From Azolla caroliniana (Eukaryota > Plantae > Polypodiophyta), in contig JBHGNT010000016.1 in the NCBI GenBank assembly GCA_043228905.1, positions 9,548,001 through 9,612,000 on the forward strand: 64,000 nt of DNA, read 5' to 3'. Numbering within the stretch: position 1 is the first letter of the stretch; each line of letters opens with the position of its first letter. Both the position numbers and the translations under genes were made by a program. The notes beneath the pieces are model-generated. The model made no database searches and was not told the DNA's origin. It saw only the letters and a program-made list of their open reading frames with translations. Shown here piece after piece: positions 12,801-22,653 of the stretch.

Positions 12801-13791
12801 ATGTCTTCAAAGAGAATCGAGCGCGAGGACTCCAGGTAGGCCTCTGACACTGTGGACATTTTTGTAAATATGTTTCGTTTCTCAAGAACTCGATACGCCG
12901 TATCGAGTTCATGTATACAATACAAACTTTATACATGAACTCGATACGGCGTATCGAGTTCATAATTTGTTTTTGCTTTTTATACAGGAACTCGATATGC
13001 CGGATGGAGTTCGTGTTTAAAACCCACACATTAAACAGGAACTCGATACGGCGTATCGAGTTCCTGTTTCAAATTCCAACTTTAAACAGGAACTCGATAC
13101 GGCGTATCGAGTTCCTGTTTAAAACCTACACATTAAACATGACCTCGATACGCCGTATCGAGTTCGTGTTTAAAACCTACACTTTAAACACGAACTCGAT
13201 ACGCCGTATCGAGTTCCTGTTTAAAGTGTAAGTTTCAAACAGGAACTCGATACGCCGTATCGAGTTCCTGTATATAAGAAGGCTTTGAGAGAGAAAAATT
13301 GTGTTTTTGGGATAACAAATAATTATGGGGTGGAAAAGATATCAAATTGTCTGGCAAAATCAGTCTTTTTTATGTTGACTTTCCTTACTTTTAAAAAAAA
13401 ACATGCTCTAATTATAGGTGTTTTATGACCTACTTTAGCTTAAAATAGTAGAAAATGATCCACAAATTGCCTTTACGATAGCAAATTCTCCTCAATATAG
13501 GTTTAGAATCTATATAAGTCATACCTACTATTTAAAAGAATATATAACCCTGTTTACTTATTACGATATATATTTTCTAGGTTGAATAGCCCTGCCTATA
13601 ATAGATTTTTGAATATAGGACTGCTCCTGGGAACTGTTCTTGATTGATTGCTATGTAATAGACTCTATGAAGAATATGACACTGACGATTTGTTAAGATT
13701 TCACATTATTAATACAAATTTTGGGTTTTACCTAGTGGATTCTATTCTTTATAATCTTCTATATGTTTCAATTTTATTTTTATATACTTGA
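12801..13791 (+). pseudogene. Candidate spliced second gene of the DNA transposon (exon 12801-12835, intron 12836-13580, exon 13581-13791 with an internal TGA)
   Basis: ATG...TCCAG|GTAGG donor and TTTTCTAG|G acceptor. The spliced frame reads MSSKRIEREDSRLNSPAYNRFLNIGLLLGTVLD*, then about 47 further open codons. Confidence 0.3.
12886..13267. repeat. Array of 8 palindromic units GAACTCGATACG(C/G)CGTATCGAGTTC with an exact 51-bp period
   Basis: Cores start at 12886, 12937, 12988, 13039, 13090, 13141, 13192 and 13243, separated by 26-bp AT-rich variable linkers. Confidence 0.95.
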
Positions 13792-14670
13792 TTAGTAGAT
13801 TTATGATATTGGTTTCACCGCGTGCATAGCTGACTACCAAACTTATGGAGAAACATGAACTAGTTTAAATGGAGGCTGATTTTGGTCCAAGCTAACCTTA
13901 ACAGAACATGGCCCTATAATTGTTGCCATGACTGTCCATGTTGTTATTATGGATCTTTGTCTTCTATTGTTAAAACTATTATGTTTCTATTCCATTGCTG
14001 CTTAGATTGTGTAGTGTGTTGATAATGGTTCCAGTTGCGTTATCGTTTGGAGTTTGATCTTGTGTGAATCACCTAAACAATAGAGTAGATCAATTTTAAA
14101 TACAGGTATGAAAGCCTAATAGGTTTGTTATTTCCACGACATTATCCTAAAGTTCACTGCCTTACATTGTGCACAATTATATACACATATGGTTTGATCC
14201 CATATGAACAAACTGAGGAATAGATTAGATCAACTTTAAATACAAGTATTGAATACTTTAATAAGTTAGTTATTCCAATCACTTATCCTAATGTGCACTA
14301 TCCTACATTTTCCACAATTACATACATGCACGTATGGGTCAAAGTATAAATTATATCTCATTTTATTAGTATGGATACAAGTACACCTCATATTTTTGTA
14401 AAACTTACCTAATTAATATAAGTCTTTAAGTTAGTGTTTCCCTTGTCGCACAGTAGTGACATATTGAGCCATAGTTGAACTTTATTATGCCTACATTAAC
14501 TTATCAACATGTCTAAACTTGCATGATTTCTAATGATCTCCACTCGTAGATCTATCATGTATTTTTATATTTTCAAATTCTCATCAAGTTGAGGAACATG
14601 TGATACTAGTGCATCCAATTTTTGTAGAGAGGGTGTATTTGCTTTGTTTTAAGAAGATTCTACAAGTGGA

Positions 14671-14705
14671 ATGCGCAATCCTTCCACTTGTGAACGCGAA
14701 CGTGT
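14671..14705. repeat. Right terminal inverted repeat of the DNA transposon
   Basis: ATGCGCAATCCTTCCACTTGTGAACGCGAACGTGT. Confidence 0.92.
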
Positions 14706-14833
14706 TTCCTAATGTCCTTGAGGTCTATACACATCATTTAAGTACTTGTGAATGTTCTTTCCCTCACTATTTATTGGGACCCAATGATTTACTACGTGCA
14801 AACGGGTATGTCAATGGATCTCCCGTACAATTT

Positions 14834-17800
14834 TGTTGAGAGACAAGCTCAACATCGGCCGGATCGGCTGAAGAAGCCGAGGACCGGATCGGTTGGGACC
14901 GATTGGTTAGGCCAAGTGCGTAAACCGGGAGATCGTTAGGAAAGATATTCCGTGAGGAATATATTTGGGAGTTAGTGTAGGAGCTCTTAATGAGCATTGA
15001 AGTACTGTCAGTACTTCGGTCAGTCCTTCTAGGACTTGTATAAAAGTGCTCACTGAGGACGTCTTATGTACAGAGACTAAGTATTATTGTGGAATATAGT
15101 TTTTTGAGTTTTCTCTCTCTGTCTCTCCCGTGTATACCGTGTAAGCCTAAGCTCTCCATTGAACCTGAGTTTCCTTCCTCTGTTCTGTCTTCATACTTGC
15201 TTCCGCACGCTACTTTCTACATGGTATCAGAGCGCGAGGGTTGAGAACCTCTCTGCAGCCGATACAGCTTGACGAATAAGAACAAGAAGAACGATGGATA
15301 GAGGCATGGCGAGCTCGCTTCCAACAGAGAAGCTCGACAGAACCAACTACGCGTATTGGTCCTACAAAATGCACCAGTACCTGCTCGGGCATGGCTACTG
15401 GAGTTATGTCAAAGGAGCTAATGACGCGGCACCCGAATCGACACATAGAGACTTCCCGTCGTGGGAGCAATCAGCGAGCAGGGTACTATACTGCTTCGCG
15501 TCGTGTGTGGGCGAACAACTATTGAGCTATGTTCGGGATTCAAAGACGCCGAAGGGTGCGTGGGAAAATCTGAAGAAGATTTCGCCGCAAGCACCACAGC
15601 CAGGAAGCTTCAGCTCCGACAGGAGTTGAGCAACCTACGACAACGCAACTTGTCGGTGGCAGACTATACCTCGAAGATCAAGGATATCTGTGACTCCCTC
15701 GCCTCCATAGAGGTGAACATCGAGGAGAGCGAGATGGTCCAGATCTGTCTCGGAGGTTTGGCGTCGAAGTTCGGAGCGTTCCGAACGGCTGTGTGTACTC
15801 GGGAGAATACGTCGTCCTTTTTCGACCTACAGTCGATGCTCCTGGTAGAGGAGAACCACGTGGGTGCGTCGACGAGCACGCACACCGACAGCAGAATGCT
15901 GTACACGGAGGAAGATAGGCCCCGTGGACGTGGAGGACGAGGCGAGTCGGCACGCAATGGAGGCGGCCGACAAGATCAAGAAAGAAGGCACCAATGTGAT
16001 GCCGACAGCAACTCCGGACCCTTCGGAAACAGGGGGAGTCGAAGCGATGAGAACCGGCAAGGGAAGGCCATCGCGGAGTGCTGGTACTGTGGCAAGAAAG
16101 GCCACAGGGAAAGCGAGTGCTGGAAGAAGCGCGCCGATTTGGAGAGAACTGGTTCCGAGAACGGCTCCAGACATACCGACAAGGGAAATCGGCAACGATC
16201 GCACTATGCCAAAGACTCCGGGAGAGTCGGAGAAGGGTCTGTCTTCGTGACGAGACACGAAGCAAACTCAATGAAACAGAGCACCCCGAGATCGGACGAG
16301 GTGTGGTACGTAGACTCCGGCGCGTCAAACCACATGACGAGCCATAAGGAGTGGTTCTCGTACCTTGAAAAACCGATACAATCTGGAGTAGTCGCAACAG
16401 GAGACGACACTCCGCATCCGATCGCGAATGTCGGAGAAGTTCCCCTTAGCCATGTCGGGCAGAAAGGGAAACTCATGAACGTGCTGCACGTTCCGACAAT
16501 CACGAAGAACTTGGTCTCGGTCGAACAGATCGTCGACCAAGGGATGGAGGTTTGGTTTACACACCTCGGGTGCTTCATTGAGGAAGAAGGCCGTGTGATT
16601 GCGCAAGGGCGCAGAGACGGGAGAATGTTCATCCTCGATTCCACTGACGGCGGCACCGCAATGTTCGCAAAGGGACAAGAAGCCGAGTCGGACATCGACT
16701 TGTGGCACAAACGGATAGGCCACGTCAACTACCAGTGGCTTCAAGATCTGCAATCGAAACAGGTAGTGTTCGGATTGCCCAAGTTTAGTGGCTGAAAGGC
16801 ACAAATTTGTGAAGCCTGTGAGCTCGGGAAGCAACACCGACTTCCTATCCCCAACGAGCGAAACCGGAGCCGGAACAAGCTCGACCTTATACACTCAAAT
16901 GTGTGGGGGCCGGCACAAAACGTTAGTCTTGGCGGGAGCCGATATTTCGTCTCCTTCATCGACGACCACACGCGGCACACGTGGATCTACCTCATTGAGA
17001 GGAAGAGTGAAGTCTTCGACTGTTTCCGGGACCTCAAAGGGTTCGTGGAAGCTGAAATGGGACGAAAGATCAAGTGTCTGCGGTCGGATGGCAGGAAAGA
17101 GTACTTTTCCGATCAATTCAACGGTTATCTACAACAAATGGGAATTCGGCGCGAATTCAGTTGTAGATACACGCCGGAGCAGAACGGCGTGGCCGAGAGG
17201 AAGAATCGGTCGATTGTGGAAGCGGCACGGGCAATGCTGGAGGAGAAGAGCTTACCCAAGTTCTATTGGGCCGAGGCGGTAAGGACCGCGGTATACATCC
17301 AGAACCGGATTGGAGACAAAGTGTCGGTGCACGAGCTATATTTCGGAACGAAGCCAAACTTGCGACACTTGAGGGTGTTCGGTAGCATTGCGTATGTGCA
17401 TATACCGAAGGAGAAAAGGAGGAAGCTGGACGCAAAGGCCGAGAAATGCATCTTGGTCAGTTACTCGGACGAGCAGAAGGGTTATAAGTGCTATAACCCT
17501 CGCACCAAACAAGCGCGTGTCAGTCGTGATGTTGTGTTTGACGAGTCCGCGTCCTGGTACCTGTCCCCGACTCGGAACCCCGACTCCAATCCGAGCTCTG
17601 ACGATGAGGTCAGCGAGGCCGAGATGCCTCCGGATGAGCCTGAAATCGAGACCTGCGAAGAGAGTCCGATTTCACTCCGGTTAAGTGGACCAATTGGACG
17701 ACTGAGTCGGTATGACCAGTCCGATGAGGAGCCGGCGAGTAGTGGAGACTCGGCCATGCATTCCCCACGCAGGAAGCCGAGGAGACGGCTTACGCGCAAA

Positions 17801-20507
17801 GAGAAAGGGAAGAAGAAGGTGTTGGATTCTGGCACGGAAAGGAACGAGTCAGACCAACGCGAGTCCGACTCCGAGGGAACCGGTGACGGGTCTTTAAAGG
17901 TGAAGACCGCATCGACCGAGAAGGCCTCGACATCGGCTAATGTGAGATTACGCCGATCTACCCGCCAGAAGAACCTAGTTGTGCGGTTCGGTTACAACGA
18001 GTACATGGCGCATCATTATGCATACATGACCCGTGTAGCGGAAGTGCGTGAGCCTGAGAGCTACGCAGAAGCGGCGAAGGACGCGAATTGGCGCGCCGCG
18101 ATGGAGGAAGCGATGCACGCATTGGCGGAGAACGAGACCTGGGACCTGGTTGACGCACTGAAGGGTGTGAAGCCGATCGGTTGTAGATGGGTGTACAAAG
18201 TCAAGTACAACACTGATGGCTCGGTCAACCGGTACAAGGCTCGACTAGTGGCAAAGGGCTACGCGCAAAAACACGGCATCGACTACGATGAGACGTTTGC
18301 GCCGGTCGCGAAAATGACAACCGTCTGTGTTTTGCTCGCGGTAGCCGCGGCCAAGGGGTGGCACTTACATCAGATGGATGTAAAGAATGCGTTCCTACAA
18401 GGTGACATTGAGGAACAGGTGTACATGGTACAACCCCCCGGATTTCACTCCAGAACGAACTCCTCGGCAGCCTGCCGATTGAAGAAGTCCCTTTACGGAC
18501 TGAAGCAAGCCCCGCGTGCCTGGAACGCGAAGATCACGCAACAACTGTGTCGGTTGGGCTTCGTCACGTCAAAATCAGACTCTTCCCTATTCATCTGGAA
18601 AGGTCGACTCGGACCGGTTAGTATTTTACTATATGTTGATGACTTGGTCATCACAGGCGTCGACCTAGGTGAAATCGACCACGTGAAGCTCCAGCTTGCG
18701 ACATCGTTCGACATGAAGGATCTGGGGGACCTTCATTATTTCCTCGGGATTGAAGTGATCCGTACCCCCGAAGGCATATTGATCAACCAACGTCATTACG
18801 TGCTGAGTATGCTCTTCAAACTTAGGATGGCCGACTGTAAGTCCATCTCGACTCCTCTAGACAGAACCGTGAAGCTTCGTCCCGATACGGGAAAGGTATG
18901 CGACCCGACGAGGTTCCGACAAATTGTCAGAAGCCTCATATACTTGACCATCACCCGACCCGACCTCTGTTACCCGGTCAGGGTGATCAGTCAGTTCATG
19001 GCGCGACCTACCGAGGAGCACCTTCAGTGTGCGCAACGCGTACTTCGGTACGTAAGTGGCACTATGGACTGAGGACTGCTATATCGGACCGGTGCAGCCG
19101 TGCAGCTAGTCGGCTACACCGATGCTGATTGAGCTGGCAACGCCGCCGATCGCCGATCCACGTCTGGATACGCGTTCTCCCTCGGGAGTGCCGCGATCGC
19201 GTGGAGCAGTAAGAAGAAGCCGACAGTTGCACTGTCGAGCACCGAAGCGGAGTACCGAGGAGCGGCTGTCGCGACATGCGAAGCCATATGGTTGAAGCGG
19301 CTACTTAAGGACCCGCAAGAGGAGGTGTCAGATCCGACAACGATCTACTGCGACAACCTCAGCAGCATCCAGCTCGCGAAGAACCCCGTCTTCCACGCAC
19401 GGACCAAGCACATTGAGGTGCACTACCATTTCGTCCGTGAGCGTGTCCTTTCCGGTGAAGTCGAACTTTAGTACGTTCCGATGGATCGGCAGGCTGCCAA
19501 CATCTTCACCAAGCCTCTTGGTCTGGACAAGTTGCGGCAATTCTCAAGTGTGCTCGGGTTGCGTCACCTCGACGTGCCAAACTTGAGGGGGAGAACAGTC
19601 CCGAACGACCAAGCAAGGCAGCAGGAAAGGAGCAGACACCGCGACACCGAGTCGGTTGACTCGTTTGTTGACTCGGTTGAAGACGGATTGGCTGAAGAAG
19701 CCGAGGGCGGACCCGCGGAAAAGTTCGGAAGCGGACAGAAGGGGAGCAGCCGAAGGAGAGAGCCGAAGCCAACCACGAATGAGGAGGATGACGCCATCGA
19801 GGGCGAGAAGACTGAAGACGAGTTGGAGACAGCCAACTTGGACGAGAGCGAAAACCGATCGGAGGTAGCCGAGTCGGTTCGGATGTTTGATTCAGACACG
19901 CTGAATCAACCGAGGCCCAAGTGGAAGAAAAGACAGCAGGAGAAGCGTCAACACCATAACAACAGAAGAGCTGATAAGGGCCGCATGAGCAGACAAGCCG
20001 ACCGGAAGGGTCGAAGCGCGCGGAGTCGAACAGGTCGAGGAGCGCGAGTGAGGCGAGAAGCCAGGAGGAACCGGTGCTGTGAAGATCCCGAAGAGCCTCA
20101 AGTTGAGCTTGAGGGGGAGTGTTGAGAGACAAGCTCAACATCGGCCGGATCGGCTGAAGAAGCCGAGGACCGGATTGGTTGGGACCGATCGGTTAGGCCG
20201 AGTGCGTAAACCGGGAGATCGTTAGGAAAGATATTCCGTGAGGAATATATTTGGGAGTTAGTGTAGGAGCTCTTAATGAGCATTGAAGTACTGTCAGTAC
20301 TTCGGTCAGTCCTTCTAGGACTTGTATAAAAGTGCTCACTGAGCACGTCTTATGTACAGAGACTGAGTATTATTGTGGAATATAGTTTTTTGAATTTTCT
20401 CTCTCTGTCTCTCCCGCGTATACCGTGTAAGCCTAAGCTCTCCATTGAACCTGAGTTTCCTTCCTCTGTTCTGTCTTCATACTTGCTTCCGCACGCTACT
20501 TTCTACA
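14834..20507 (+). mobile_element. Full-length Ty1/copia LTR retrotransposon (copia B), pseudogenised
   Basis: 388-bp LTRs at 14834-15221 and 20120-20507 (TG...CA, about 7 differences). TSD AATTT, PBS TGGTATCAGAGC (iMet) at 15222, PPT GAGGGGGAG at 20111-20119. Confidence 0.95.
15294..20125 (+). pseudogene. gag-pol of copia B (gag, CCHC, PR, IN, RT, RH, charged tail) with a frameshift and stops
   Basis: [62 protein letters not shown]. Frameshift near 15580 and TGA stops at about 16793, 19070 and 19129. Confidence 0.9.
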
Positions 20508-20512
20508 AATTT

Positions 20513-22653
20513 TTATTTGATTCGGGAAGCTCACACAATTTTGTGAATGATCTTTGGTTTAGATATGGGGAATCCAACCCACCGTAAGTGATCACACGTA
20601 TAGGGTGCACTTGGCTGATGGAAGAGTACAATACATCAACGGGGCGATTCATTCATTAGGAATTTCTATTGATACTCATGTAGAGGAAGTAGACTTCCAT
20701 GTAATGAATCTTTTTACCACTAATGTAATACTAGGTTATCCCTGGTTTTATAATGAAAACTCTTCTTTGTCTATTGATTGGGTTCGTCATTCCATTTCAT
20801 TTGTACTAAACGATTGTACTCATTTTATTCAATGTGTAAATAAACAATCCCTTTCGATTATTTCCTGTCCATCAATATTTGTGTTGTCTTGTTCTTCTTT
20901 ATTTTATTGTGTACTTGATTCGAACATTCACGTTTATAATATTGATAACATCTCAGGTCAATTGACATATTTTGAACAACAACAACTCGATAAAATCTTA
21001 AATGATTTTCATGATGTTTTTCAGAGTGAACTACCACATGGGTTACCTCCTAAACATAATATAGACCATCATATAAATATTGTACCTGGCATTGCACCAA
21101 TAAGTATACCTCCTTATCGCTTAAGTCGATCTGAAGAGGATGAGGTAACTAAGCAACTCAAGGACTATTTACGAATGGGTTATATACGTTATAGTAAATC
21201 TCCATGGGGTGCACTTGTTCTCTTGGTAAAAAAGAAAGAGGGCACATGGCGTATGTGTATTAATTACCGACACTTGAATAAAGTGATGATCAAGAATTCA
21301 TATCCATTGGCCCGGGCTGACGATCTAATTGACCGTCTCTAGGGAGCTCGGTATTTTACGAAACTTGATCTTCGTACGGGCTACCATCAAATTCGTATAA
21401 GTGAGGACGATGTTCCTAAAACGGCATTTCGTAAGCGCTATGGCCGTTATGAGTTTTTGGTTATGCCTTTTGGTTTGACTAATGCTCCGGCCACATTTCA
21501 ACAAGAAATGAATGCCATTTTCCGAGAACAACTTGGAAAATTTGTCGTTATTTTCTTGGATGATATTCTAGTTTATAGTCGTACATTAGAAGAACATGAT
21601 AAACATGTTTGCTTTGTTTTAGAGACATTGTGTGACAAGCAATTCTACGCAAAGATCTCAAAATGCGAGTTCTTCAAGAAATCAATTACTTATCTTGGGA
21701 CATCTCATAACTGAACGAGGAGTTGAAATTGATCCTTCTCGCATCGAGAAAATCAAACTTTGGCCCACTCTTCGGAATATTCGAGAAGTTCGATCATTCC
21801 TTGGTTTTGTCGGGTTTTTGCGAAAATCCCTTCGTAATTACTCCTAGTTGATGACACCGTTTACTGATCTTCTAAAAGGTCAAACGTGTAAGTCTACAAA
21901 ACCTATTGTGTGGAATGCTACACTAGGCCTCGCCTTTAAGGAACTTAAGGACCTGGTATGCAAGGCTCCTTCGCTTATTTTACCCGATCCTTCAAAACCT
22001 TTTGAGGTTGAAACCGATGCAAGCGATTATGCTATAGGTGGTGTCTTATATCAAGATGGTAAACCAATAGCATTCGAGAGTAAGAAACTTGATTCTGCTC
22101 AATGTTAGTATACCATTCAAGAAAAAGAGATTTGCAGTTATACATGCGCTCAAAACATAGCGCCATTATCTTTATGGAAATCGTTTTGTGGTAACTACGA
22201 ACCACGAGTCCTTGAAATATTTTTGTGACCAACAAGACTTGAAAGGTCATAAGGCATGATGGGCTGATCTCATCCAGGACATTGATTTTTTCATACGATA
22301 TCGTAAAGGTTCCATGAACATTGTCGTTGATGCACTAAGTCGCATCTGTGAAGTTAACATGCTTAGCTTCATTGAAATAACATCAGATGTTTATGATCAC
22401 CTTCAAGGAACGTATCCTGATGATAGTTATTTTGCGAAATATTGGGCAAGAGTTGAGTCTGGAATAGACACCGCCACATCCTCGAAGGAATCCTTCCACA
22501 TTGCTAACGGTCTACTCTACTGTAATGGGAAGGTTTGTGTTCCAGATTTTCCTGAGGTCAAAAAGAGAATTCTTTTTGAATGCCATGATGCATCCTCTGT
22601 AGGGCACCCTGGAATACATCGTACACTCATTCTCATCTCCACTCAATTCTATT
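20513..22653 (+). pseudogene. gypsy A pol: protease, RT, RNase H and integrase zinc-finger start
   Basis: [64 protein letters not shown]; several stops and frameshifts. Confidence 0.9.

Larger units (their letters stand above)
8811..14705 (-). mobile_element. Complete TIR DNA transposon (about 5.9 kb) with a Sola-like DDD transposase
   Basis: 35-bp TIRs (8811-8845 and 14671-14705, 1 mismatch). TSD TTCCTA at 8805-8810 and 14706-14711, or TCCT if the ends are 8810/14706. Removing the element restores the gag frame. Confidence 0.9.

Noticed and set aside
12676-13231. ORFs with NSIRRIEF repeats on both strands
   Set aside because: These are translations of the 51-bp palindromic array (a multiple of 3), giving the same peptide on both strands.
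12886-13267. True CRISPR array
   Set aside because: Eukaryotic TE context, no cas-like ORFs, and the linkers are related to one another and partly extend the palindrome instead of being unique acquired spacers.
15664-20141. Many overlapping alternative-frame and antisense ORFs in the copia elements
   Set aside because: Expected shadow ORFs of GC-rich gag-pol sequence.
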